Positions 1 to 8,352 of a DNA stretch of 13,111 bases are shown here, one piece after another. Each line of letters opens with the position of its first letter. Position 1 is the stretch's first letter. Both the position numbers and the translations under genes were made by a program. The notes beneath the pieces were generated by a model. It worked only from the letters and a program-made list of their open reading frames with translations. It searched no databases and was not told the DNA's origin. The DNA lies in the NCBI GenBank assembly GCA_040754655.1, contig JBFMCE010000101.1, positions 1-13,111 on the forward strand. Reading direction: 5' to 3'. Origin of the DNA: Bdellovibrionota bacterium. GTDB taxonomy: Bacteria > Bdellovibrionota > UBA1018 > UBA923.

Positions 1-60
1 AATATATTAAAATGAGCTAATACTTCATGAGACGGTGGGGCAAGTGAACATGGTTTTGCC

Positions 61-100
61 ATAAAGAAAGGGCGGTTCGCCTACTGGCAAACCGCCCTTT
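61..100 (-). terminator. Rho-independent terminator downstream of the 531-aa gene
   Basis: The minus strand reads AAAGGGCGGTT-T-GCC-AGTA-GGC-G-AACCGCCCTTT-CTTTAT. This gives perfect 11-bp arms (67-77 / 90-100), a U.G wobble that works only on the minus strand, 3 more GC pairs, a 4-nt loop and a U-rich tail. It lies 30 nt after the TAA at 131-133. Confidence 0.85.
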
Positions 101-130
101 GATGTGTCGATGGATTGATCTATCTATCGG

Positions 131-1726
131 TTAATCCATCAAGTATGGATCCTGATCCGGAGTAGGATCTGTTGAATAAGCTCCTTCGGCTAAGAGTGGA
201 GTCGCCGTCGTCGATGGATCGTAACAGACGCAATTTTTATTCGGAACCTTGCCTTCATCACACGTCACCGGGCAATTCAAGCCGGCATGCAATGAGACGT
301 CGGTGATGCCGCCGCAACTCCATTCGCTTGTGGTGATTTCGTTGGCGTCTGCATATGGATTTGGAAGTACTTGATTTCCACGTGGTGGAAAGGCGGTATC
401 GTCTAGCGAATCTACAGAAACTTGCCCGCGACGGAAAATGTCGATCAGCGCGCGACAAGATGGAGTTCCCGCTCCAACGACCCCAGCGTTTGGATCGGGA
501 TCCGGGACCTCATCGCCTTCGGGATCTGATGATGGATCTTCTCCGCTCATGTGAACGAGCTTCCCATCCTTATTAACGATCACTAAGTAAACAAGCTTGC
601 CTTCCGCATCTCTGGCAGAGACCATCCAACTTCCGTCGGAGCGTGTCTCAGTTTTATAGGTGTGGTTATCGATGACTGTCGTTGTTTCTGTAGGGGAGTT
701 TCGTAGATCGATGGCATTCCCATTTTCGTCGAGAACGCGTTGTGCGACGTAGTCCGGGCCCTTAGATTCGACTTCGTTTTGATACTCAATGACCTGGTCT
801 TTCGTCAAAGGATTCGGTGGGCCCTCGGGCACAGGAATAACTACGCCATCTCTCTTGAAAACAAATGTACCGTCAGGTTGCCTTTGAAAGTGCGCTTCTC
901 CTGGTCCGGCCCCCGACCCAGGGCCAGTTGGCGTCTCAGACGCGCTGTCCATGCACTCATTCACAAGTTGATTGAGTTCACCATGCTCTGGCGTGGGATG
1001 CGCGTTTTGCACCGTGACGGGTATGCTATCGATGCAATCGGCTGAAGGCAGTGTTCCGAGATCGGCAAAAGGGCTCTTGCCGCTTGGTCCTCCGGGACAG
1101 GCGGTGCCCTCTGGTGCTAGCGGATCTACGGGGTCAGATGCCTCGGTATATTGTGACGTTCCTGGCTCTGATTCACAGCTGTCTCCTTCGGACAGAAGAT
1201 CTTCAATCGCACTCAGCGATACCTGAGCCAACAGGGTATTGATATGGGTGCGAAGCTTGGTCGGATCGACGCGATTCGCGATGTGCGTCCCGAATCTACG
1301 CACAGACACCAAGCGATTTTGATTTACGGCATTTTTGTAATTGAGAGTCGCCGTAAGAGAAGCCAATGCCTGACTCTTGACGGTTGACGAGATTTTATAG
1401 GACTCGGCCAACCTCTCCATAAAAAATAGAGAAACTGGTTCTAGCCCGTCGAAATAGTGATTGCTGGCGTACTCTGCCAATGCCTGAAATCCGTTGCTGA
1501 TTCCGTAAATGTCGCTGCGTTTTCCGAGAGTGACTAAAAGGTTGCGAGTTGCTCGGTCATAGACGTACCCTCGAGGCGAAGTGTAGGCGACCTGAAGCTT
1601 GCGGAATTCTTCCTTCAAGGCAGTTCTATCTGCAGTCAAAACCGCTTGATCGAACGCATCGCTTTTTTGAGCGAAAGAGAAGGTTAAAAGAAATATTCCA
1701 ACAAAAAGCCTCAAAAATAGATTCAT
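131..1726 (-). CDS. Secreted hypothetical protein (531 aa) with Pro/Gly/Asp-rich linkers and a Cys-rich C-terminus
   Basis: Long ORF with a GAGGGG SD-like sequence upstream of the ATG. The N-terminus looks like a Sec signal peptide (MNLFLRLFVGIFLLTFSFAQ...). It has 10 Cys, all after about residue 180, and a terminator follows. No family recognised. Confidence 0.85.
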   Translation of the reverse strand: MNLFLRLFVGIFLLTFSFAQKSDAFDQAVLTADRTALKEEFRKLQVAYTSPRGYVYDRATRNLLVTLGKRSDIYGISNGFQALAEYASNHYFDGLEPVSLFFMERLAESYKISSTVKSQALASLTATLNYKNAVNQNRLVSVRRFGTHIANRVDPTKLRTHINTLLAQVSLSAIEDLLSEGDSCESEPGTSQYTEASDPVDPLAPEGTACPGGPSGKSPFADLGTLPSADCIDSIPVTVQNAHPTPEHGELNQLVNECMDSASETPTGPGSGAGPGEAHFQRQPDGTFVFKRDGVVIPVPEGPPNPLTKDQVIEYQNEVESKGPDYVAQRVLDENGNAIDLRNSPTETTTVIDNHTYKTETRSDGSWMVSARDAEGKLVYLVIVNKDGKLVHMSGEDPSSDPEGDEVPDPDPNAGVVGAGTPSCRALIDIFRRGQVSVDSLDDTAFPPRGNQVLPNPYADANEITTSEWSCGGITDVSLHAGLNCPVTCDEGKVPNKNCVCYDPSTTATPLLAEGAYSTDPTPDQDPYLMD

Positions 1727-2070
1727 CTAGATTCCCCTCGACTGACGTGTGTCCGCATGTCTGCAAACTTTTACTATTGGCGCTTTAAATTAAAATTCCG
1801 AATAAAGAGCAATTTTTAATTATTATTCAGTCGAAATCAAAACAATTCGACCTACCTACCTTGTTATTTCTTTGTTGGCCGAGGTCGGCAGGTGAGGGAG
1901 TCCCGGTGAAATACCAGGACCCTCGGAGCTTTTAGATGAGGTCTTGATAGGTAGTTAACCTCGCAACCATAAAGATCACTCGATTGCTTTCTCGGTCATC
2001 GGTTGGGAAAAGGCAGGGACAATAAACAAATAATATTTACATTGATCTTGATAAATGTTATCGGAAATTC

Positions 2071-3318
2071 ATGTCAAATCCTATCAAACCTATCCTGATA
2101 AGTCTTTTAGTGGGGTTGTATTTTGGTGCTCCGGTTTTGGCGAGTGATGCCATCACGAAAATCAAAGACTACTTTACTAAAAACAAGATTTCCCAAAACA
2201 TGCAGATGGCAAATGACTTAGAGTCTCTGATAAATAACTTGAGCAAAAGCTTAAATGGAAGACCGTTCGAGTATACTCAATGGAGCGGCTTTTCCGGTGT
2301 AGGCATCAATAAAAGCGAGGTGTTTGCTTACAGCAACATGGTGATCGACCACATCAAGGTGGCACAGTCGCAAACACCAGAAGCCGTTCAGGTGATCATT
2401 GCAGGGGGTACAGTAGATGGTATCGGAATGCTCGATGAGGTTATCAGAAGTGCGCAAGCGCGCCGTAAAATCAAGCCGGTCGTATATGTGGGAATGATGT
2501 CGGCAGCTGGTGCCGGTTATCCGAGTCAAATTTCTCGTCATCATGACCATCTGATGGTGATGGATACCTTTGTCGGCCCTGATGGGAAGATGAGCTGGGA
2601 ACTGAAGAAGAGCCCTCATGGAATGAGTATGACGGCTCAAATCCACAAGGCTCTGCTCTCACTTGAGAATTGCCTAGGCGGAACCCAAGAGTATTTCGAG
2701 GGTGGTGAAGTCGCTTTACGAGAGAGCGCCGAAATTCTTGCTTTGGCATCAAGTCGTGATTTCCCAAGAAGCAAATTTCGTCTCGTCTTGCATCCCGGTG
2801 TCAATCCGGCAGCTGTTGCTAACCCTGCTAAAGACAAGGGATTTCGAGCCGCGACGATCCTCGCTCATATCCTGCATGAGAGTCCAGGTCTTATTCCCCA
2901 AGGCCTTTCGCTATTGATTGAACCCAACCATCAGGCTCCTGATCGTTGGCGTACCGGAGACTTTAAAGCAAAGTACAGCTTGGAAGAATATTTCACCCAA
3001 AAACATGACGACATTGACCCAAGAATCAACTTGGAAGAAGGACACTTTGAGCAACAGGTGCGTGAGGCGGAAAGGATCATCGTTGAAGCGAAATCCCAAT
3101 TGGGTTCGGCAGCGAATTGGTCCAAGAATCGGCCTGTATCGCAGGGCTATTACGGTTCTCGGCAATATTTTCAAGGGTTGATTCGGTATTACGAAGCGCG
3201 GATCTTGTTTATGCAGTCGTGGCTTCGTTTCCAAAAACGTTATCCTGAAGGAAAAAATATTTTCTTGTCTGCCATGAAATCGTGCGAAGCATCGCTATCA
3301 AGCAATGACTTGCATTAG
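2071..3318 (+). CDS. Secreted hypothetical protein (415 aa), probable SLOG (SMF/DprA-LOG) superfamily Rossmann-like domain
   Basis: Signal peptide MSNPIKPILISLLVGLYFGAPVLA|S. The motifs WSGFSGVG, VIIAGGTVDGIG, YVGMMS and YFEGGEVALRE occur in the order expected for SLOG/LOG folds (compare GG.G, GI and GG.GT..E). The CDS is confident; the family call is moderate. Confidence 0.75.
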   Translation: MSNPIKPILISLLVGLYFGAPVLASDAITKIKDYFTKNKISQNMQMANDLESLINNLSKSLNGRPFEYTQWSGFSGVGINKSEVFAYSNMVIDHIKVAQSQTPEAVQVIIAGGTVDGIGMLDEVIRSAQARRKIKPVVYVGMMSAAGAGYPSQISRHHDHLMVMDTFVGPDGKMSWELKKSPHGMSMTAQIHKALLSLENCLGGTQEYFEGGEVALRESAEILALASSRDFPRSKFRLVLHPGVNPAAVANPAKDKGFRAATILAHILHESPGLIPQGLSLLIEPNHQAPDRWRTGDFKAKYSLEEYFTQKHDDIDPRINLEEGHFEQQVREAERIIVEAKSQLGSAANWSKNRPVSQGYYGSRQYFQGLIRYYEARILFMQSWLRFQKRYPEGKNIFLSAMKSCEASLSSNDLH

Positions 3319-4028
3319 CTCCTCTGATTTCCCTCGGTCTGCGCCCGTTTCATCCACTGCCTGAGCGCTTCTGGAAATTCTGAGGGGATCTCTTCAAATT
3401 CAGCGTATGCGCTGTAAAAACCATTTTCCGAATCGAATGAATTGGAAACTACCGAAACCAATAGTCCTTCGACAGAAGGGCTGATTTCCTGGAAAATGCT
3501 TGATTTCAATTTGAATACAGTCCCTTTTGGAATCAAATGGCGACTGATCAGGCTCACCCCAAGCTCGTCAATCGCGTCAACTTCGACCTTGAACGAAAGT
3601 CTGGCCGGAGCCCGTCCGTCGGGAATGTCAACGAAGGTCGCAAGATGTTCTTTTATACTTTCGGTTTTGACATATCTTGAGAGTTTAGACGCGAGCAGGG
3701 TTCGGTCGAGGGGCTTGAAAATAAAGTCATTGGCGCCTAGTTCCAGTGCATGAGTCACGTCTTGCTGTTCTTTCGTGCCTGAAATCACCACGATCACAGC
3801 TTTTGGATTTGTTTTACGCAGTTCTTTTACAAGCTCAAAACCCGTTACATCGGTCAGTTGAAGGTCGATGATGTAAAGATCAGGATCAAGCTTGTCCGCG
3901 TACTCAAGGAACTGCGCTGGTTGAGAGGTCGTCTTGATGTTTAATCCCAGTCGCGGAAAGACGGCCTCCATCGTTTTTCTGAACAGCGGATCATCATCGA
4001 TGATGAGAACAATGGGTTTTGATCTCAT
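3315..4028 (-). CDS. Response regulator: REC domain plus degenerate PilZ-like C-terminal domain
   Basis: REC motifs IIDDD, LYIIDLQL (phospho-Asp), VISG and FIFKP. The C-terminal beta-rich part has VDAIDELGVSL...KGTVFKL...YAEFEEI. The start is moved to the ATG at 4028, which overlaps the upstream TGA (ATGA) and has an AAGGA SD; the ORF track's 4034 start is a TTG. Its stop codon overlaps the convergent stop of the 415-aa gene. Confidence 0.88.
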   Translation of the reverse strand: MRSKPIVLIIDDDPLFRKTMEAVFPRLGLNIKTTSQPAQFLEYADKLDPDLYIIDLQLTDVTGFELVKELRKTNPKAVIVVISGTKEQQDVTHALELGANDFIFKPLDRTLLASKLSRYVKTESIKEHLATFVDIPDGRAPARLSFKVEVDAIDELGVSLISRHLIPKGTVFKLKSSIFQEISPSVEGLLVSVVSNSFDSENGFYSAYAEFEEIPSEFPEALRQWMKRAQTEGNQRS

Positions 4029-4708
4029 TTCCAATCCTTTAGCCGTTTTCTAATCCTCTTTGCTATCGACTCGCCAATTGCCACGAAATTCAGGTCGTTC
4101 AAATACCTGCCTTGGGCGACGGGGTTTGCCAAAGACTTCGCGGTTCGAATCATGACGTCGCCGCAATCTAGCTTGCGCAATAATTCGCCTGATAGCTCGA
4201 CCGTCTCATCAGAAGCGAGTTTAATGCTTGCTTCAATCTGCAGGCCGATTTCGCTGGCTTTCAAGACTTCCACCGGAAGAGAGACCTCTGCCTCAGGGCG
4301 ACGGGTTTTGAACTGCAAAGAGAGGAAGGATTGATCCTTAAGGCGTTTTCTTGCCTTTTGCAAAAGAGTGCCAGCTCGAATGGGCTTAAGCACGTAATCG
4401 GAAGCCCCTAAAGCAACGGCTTCAGTGACAGAGGCTTTGTCATTCCGCCCGCTCAACACAATGACGGGTATGTTCTTAAGAAGCTCATTTTTTCGTTTTT
4501 CCTTCAGAAAATCGAACCCATCCTTTTCGGGCATGGTCAGGTCCGTGATGATCAGGTGCGGTGTTTTTGAAGCAGCTAACGCGAGCCCTTCATCTACGTT
4601 CTCAGCGAGAAATACAATGATGCCCTCGCTTTCTAGAATCAACTTGACGGTCTTCCGCACGTCACTCATGTCATCAATGACCAGCACTGTCTTTCCCGTC
4701 AAGCCCAT
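4025..4708 (-). CDS. Response regulator: REC domain plus degenerate PilZ-like C-terminal domain
   Basis: REC motifs VLVIDD, LIITDLTMPEKDG, VIVLSG and YVLKP. The C-terminal part VLKASEIGLQI...GRYLNDLNFVAI resembles a PilZ barrel with a terminal helix. Confidence 0.88.
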   Translation of the reverse strand: MGLTGKTVLVIDDMSDVRKTVKLILESEGIIVFLAENVDEGLALAASKTPHLIITDLTMPEKDGFDFLKEKRKNELLKNIPVIVLSGRNDKASVTEAVALGASDYVLKPIRAGTLLQKARKRLKDQSFLSLQFKTRRPEAEVSLPVEVLKASEIGLQIEASIKLASDETVELSGELLRKLDCGDVMIRTAKSLANPVAQGRYLNDLNFVAIGESIAKRIRKRLKDWK

Positions 4709-4729
4709 ATACTCGTCGACCCTTTGATC

Positions 4730-5098
4730 TTAAGCCGTCTTTTTCATTTGTTGATGCATTTGTTCAGCAACGAGCCGATATTCAGCCTCGAGCTCTTCAA
4801 TCAAGTTCTTCAAAAGTGCTTCCGGCCCTTTCTCAATGTTTTGGCAAATGGCGGCGAAACGATCTGCCCCGAGGTTGCCGGCATTAGACTTCAGAGCATG
4901 TGCTTGTTTTCTGATACTGAAGATATTCTGAGCCTCAAGTGCGCTTCGCATGTTTCGCATCATTTCGGGCACTTCGCTGAGGAAAGCCTCAAGCAGTTCA
5001 GTGACCACGCTATCGCGAGGACTGCGATCAAGTTTTCTCAAGTCATCTAAAACGCTCACGTTCAAGGTTGCTTCCTTTTGAGCTTTGTTCTGGGTCAT
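4730..5098 (-). CDS. Stand-alone histidine phosphotransfer (Hpt) protein
   Basis: Hpt motif QAHALKSNAGNLGA and a helical composition. The start is placed at the ATG at 5098 (MTQNK), preceded by an AGGAG SD; the ORF track starts at 5122. Confidence 0.92.
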   Translation of the reverse strand: MTQNKAQKEATLNVSVLDDLRKLDRSPRDSVVTELLEAFLSEVPEMMRNMRSALEAQNIFSIRKQAHALKSNAGNLGADRFAAICQNIEKGPEALLKNLIEELEAEYRLVAEQMHQQMKKTA

Positions 5099-5111
5099 TT
5101 TTTTCTCCTGG

Positions 5112-7871
5112 CTATGCCGCATGCGCCTTCTTCAACCAGCGCTCCAACGTAAATCTCAAGTTTTGAACTTTGGTGGGTTTGGTGAGGTAGTCGTCCATTC
5201 CTGCCTCCAAACATTGTTCTCGGTCTCCCTCAAGGGCGTTGGCGGTCATAGCTATGATTACCGTATGCCGCGAATTTTCTTCCTTCTTTCTTATGGCTGC
5301 TGTCGCCTGAAAACCGTCCATTTCGGGCATTTGGCAGTCCATCAAAATGATGTCATAGTTTGTCTTCTCCAATGCAGCCAACGCTTCAAGGCCATTTGTA
5401 ACGGCATCAGCCACATAGCCCAATTCTTCAAGTTGCATAACGGCGATTCTTCGGTTCGTCGTATTGTCTTCCACGATCAGAATTTTCGCGGGATGCGCTT
5501 GCTTTTGGGACTCTGCCTGACGAGGGATGGCAGTGGTTTGCGTTTCTTCCAGTGGGCCACTCATCGTTTGTATGACTGCGTCGAGAAGATAAGACTGTTT
5601 CAACGGTTTCATGAGTTCGGCGGCAATGCCCAAACTTTCCATCTCCGCCGAACGCTTGTGGGGCTGTGTCATCATCAATAAAAGAGGCATCGTTGAAATG
5701 CTCGAATCTTCGCGAATTTTCTTTGCTAGAGAAAGCCCATCTAAAAAAGGCATTCCCATATCGATTAAAGCCAACTGAAAGGGGTCGCCATTTTGAGCTT
5801 CGTCCTTCAAAAGTTCTAAGGCCATTCGGCTGTCACGCGACGAAGTGATGCGCAGATTCCACATCTCCATGAGGCGGCTCACATGTTTTAGATTGGTCTC
5901 ATTGTCATCTACGACTAAGATGCGTTTTCCCCTCAATGTTGAGGCGCCCGGCGTTGCCAACGCTCCTCTGGAAATCACGTCTTTTTCATTCTGGCCTTTT
6001 GTAAAACGAGCCGTGAATGAGAAGAGAGATCCTTCTCCAAATTCGCTTTGAACCTCGATCATACCCTCCATCCTTTTGACGAGTTGCTCGGAAATCGCCA
6101 GACCAAGACCTGTACCGCCGTATTTTCGTGCAGTCGAGCTATCGGCTTGTGAAAAGGCCTTAAAGAGTTTGGGCAACTCTTCCTTTCGAATCCCGACACC
6201 GGTGTCTCTTACCTTAAAGAGCAAGGTTGCCTTTGTTTCATCTTCTTGTTCGCAACTCACTTCGAGATCGACTTGTCCTTTGGAAGTGAACTTGAGTGCG
6301 TTTCCCAGGAGGTTGGTCAGTACTTGCCTGAGTCTTCCGTGGTCGCCTTTCAGCAAGAGAGGAGCTTTTGGGTCGATTGAATAAACTAATTCTACGCCTT
6401 TGCTTTGAGCGGTGTGAGACAAGAGATCCATCACGCCTTCGATGCTGGTGCGGAGATTAAAGTCAAGGACTTCGAACCTCAATTTGCCGGCCTCGAGCTT
6501 CGAAAAGTCGAGGATGTCGTTGATCACGGTCAGAAGAGAATCCGCGCTTAGGCGGACCGTGTCTACGAAATCCTTCTGCCTCGTCGTTAGGGATGTCTTC
6601 AACAGCAAGTCGGTCATCCCGATTATCCCGTTCATGGGAGTCCTGATTTCATGGCTCATGTTCGCTAGAAATTCCGACTTGATTTGCGCCGCAGCTAATG
6701 CCGCCTGTGCCCGGACCCGCGCCTCAGTGTGCTCGCGTTCAAGTTGCCTTACTTCGGTCACATCTTCGCACACCACGACTCCGGCAACGACTTTGCCCAT
6801 CTCGTCTCGCACCGGAGCCGCGCTCAGTCGAATCACTCCTCGGCTGCCATCCCCGCGAAGCACGTCGGTGTCTTCATTGCGAATGATCGCGCCAGTCATG
6901 ATCGCGCGCGCCAGCGGCCAGTCCGTGGGCGCGTAAGGGCGTCCGTCGGGGTGAAAGCCTTTCCACATTCCGTATTCATCAATATTCTTGGATTTGTGCA
7001 TTTCATGACGCCAAACATCCTTCGTGCGTGGATTAGAATACATCAGTCTTCCCGAGGGCGCTTCACAGATGATGACCGAAGAGGGCATTTGCTCTAAAGT
7101 TGTTTCAAAGAGGCGCCGCTGAACTTCGCTTTCCTTCAGACGCTCTCGAATATTCGAGTTCACAAAGAAAATGGCAAGAACCGTCAAAAGGATCGCAGCC
7201 CCGGCGCCAATGCGAACAACGAGCATGCTGCGCTCAAATGCACGATCAACTTCGTGCGAGCGGGCCGTCAGTTCAATGTTTTCGTCTTGGATCAGGTCGT
7301 CAAGAACGGCATGAATTTCATTCATAAGGCGCAAACCACGATTGTTTTGAACTGCCTTCAGTGACGAGATGTAACCTCTTTCACGGCGAAGGCGAATTGT
7401 TTCAGACATCTCTACGAGTTTGTCTTTCAGTATTTTTTCAAGCCTGCCAATGCGTTCTAGCTGCCCGGGATTGTGGCTTAGCGTGGTGCGCAGCGAGGCT
7501 ATCTTGCCATCAAGTGACCCGGGGGCGGTATTGTATGGCTTGAGGTACTCTTCATTGCCGGTGAGCAAGTAGCCCCGCTGGCCCGTCTCGGCGTTTTTGA
7601 CGAGCAACGAAACTCTTTCAAGCTGAAGAATGTTTTTTCTAGCTTGAGCGACTGCTTGATTGGCTTTCGAAAATTTTACGAGGCTGTGTGAAGAATAAAT
7701 ACCGATGATTGAGAGCAGCGCTAGCGTCGACAGAAACGTCGCCGATGCTTTTCTCTCTACTTTTAGTTTCGTTACGATCCGATGAAAGTTCAATTTACGG
7801 CGCAAGAGAGCAGCCGTTGCCGTTAGCAACAAACCTAGCAGTGAAATAGACAACCAGTGACCCATGGGCAC
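5112..7871 (-). CDS. Membrane hybrid sensor histidine kinase (TM-CHASE3-TM-PAS-HisKA-HATPase-REC-REC)
   Basis: CHASE3 signature NAETGQRGYLLTG..YLKPY, PAS/PAC ending VVVCEDVTE, H-box FLANMSHEIRTPMNGIIG, N-box QVLTNLLGNALKFT, G1 DTGVGI, F/G2 FSQAD...YGGTGLGL, and two REC domains (LALIDMGMP; IILMDCQMPEMDG). The start is either GTG 7871 or ATG 7865. Confidence 0.96.
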   Translation of the reverse strand: MPMGHWLSISLLGLLLTATAALLRRKLNFHRIVTKLKVERKASATFLSTLALLSIIGIYSSHSLVKFSKANQAVAQARKNILQLERVSLLVKNAETGQRGYLLTGNEEYLKPYNTAPGSLDGKIASLRTTLSHNPGQLERIGRLEKILKDKLVEMSETIRLRRERGYISSLKAVQNNRGLRLMNEIHAVLDDLIQDENIELTARSHEVDRAFERSMLVVRIGAGAAILLTVLAIFFVNSNIRERLKESEVQRRLFETTLEQMPSSVIICEAPSGRLMYSNPRTKDVWRHEMHKSKNIDEYGMWKGFHPDGRPYAPTDWPLARAIMTGAIIRNEDTDVLRGDGSRGVIRLSAAPVRDEMGKVVAGVVVCEDVTEVRQLEREHTEARVRAQAALAAAQIKSEFLANMSHEIRTPMNGIIGMTDLLLKTSLTTRQKDFVDTVRLSADSLLTVINDILDFSKLEAGKLRFEVLDFNLRTSIEGVMDLLSHTAQSKGVELVYSIDPKAPLLLKGDHGRLRQVLTNLLGNALKFTSKGQVDLEVSCEQEDETKATLLFKVRDTGVGIRKEELPKLFKAFSQADSSTARKYGGTGLGLAISEQLVKRMEGMIEVQSEFGEGSLFSFTARFTKGQNEKDVISRGALATPGASTLRGKRILVVDDNETNLKHVSRLMEMWNLRITSSRDSRMALELLKDEAQNGDPFQLALIDMGMPFLDGLSLAKKIREDSSISTMPLLLMMTQPHKRSAEMESLGIAAELMKPLKQSYLLDAVIQTMSGPLEETQTTAIPRQAESQKQAHPAKILIVEDNTTNRRIAVMQLEELGYVADAVTNGLEALAALEKTNYDIILMDCQMPEMDGFQATAAIRKKEENSRHTVIIAMTANALEGDREQCLEAGMDDYLTKPTKVQNLRFTLERWLKKAHAA

Positions 7872-7908
7872 CCTTTTGTGAGTTTTGTTGACACGTCTAG
7901 TTTATCCT

Positions 7909-7937
7909 TCATCGACGGAATCCGATGCAATCCTTTA
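7909..7937 (-). promoter_or_regulatory. Possible internal sigma28-like promoter for the hybrid kinase sub-operon
   Basis: The minus strand reads TAAA-N17-GTCGATGA in the 76-bp gap upstream of the kinase. The spacer is about 2 nt longer than the canonical TAAA-N15-GCCGATAA. Confidence 0.25.
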
Positions 7938-7947
7938 ATCGAGCTGG

Positions 7948-8352
7948 CTAGGCTGCTTTTTTTATTATCGTCAAATAGGTGCGTTCAAGTTTTTCCTTGA
8001 TCACCTTCTGGTCAAACGGTTTGACGATGTAATTGCTCACGCCCGCCTCGACCGCCTCCCGCACTTTTTCAGGAGTTCGTTCCGAGGTTACCATGACGAA
8101 GGGGATGTACTTCATCCGCTCGTTGGCCCGCACTTTCTTGAGCAGCTCAAGGCCTCCCATGTCGGGCATGTTCCAATCGCAGAAGATCACTCCAATCACA
8201 GGTTTGCCGGCGATCAGGCACTTCCAGGCCTCTTCGCCGTTTGCGGCGTGCCTGAAACGTTTGAAACCCAGGTCCATCAAATGTTTCACGAGCAAGTTGC
8301 GTGTCGTGGCCGAGTCGTCAACTACCAGTATTCCGGTTTCATCATTAAACAT
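7948..8352 (-). CDS. cheY: CheY-like single-domain response regulator
   Basis: ILVVDDS, IFCDWNMPDMGGLELLKKVR, PFVMVTSE and GVSNYIVKPF are hallmark CheY motifs. It has a GGAGG SD, and its start overlaps the upstream kinase stop by 8 nt. Confidence 0.88.
   Translation of the reverse strand: MFNDETGILVVDDSATTRNLLVKHLMDLGFKRFRHAANGEEAWKCLIAGKPVIGVIFCDWNMPDMGGLELLKKVRANERMKYIPFVMVTSERTPEKVREAVEAGVSNYIVKPFDQKVIKEKLERTYLTIIKKAA

Noticed and set aside
86..100. GGCAAACC resembling the start of a c-di-GMP-I riboswitch
   Set aside because: There is no following GNRA hairpin or GACGCAAAGC element, and the sequence is fully explained as the terminator arm.
1891..1924. Cobalamin riboswitch or 23S rRNA fragment (AGGGAGTCCCGGTGAAATACC)
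   Set aside because: Only the T-loop-like hairpin resembles these RNAs. The downstream GCCCCCGC.ACTGT and B12-box elements and any extended rRNA similarity are absent, and no B12-related gene is adjacent.
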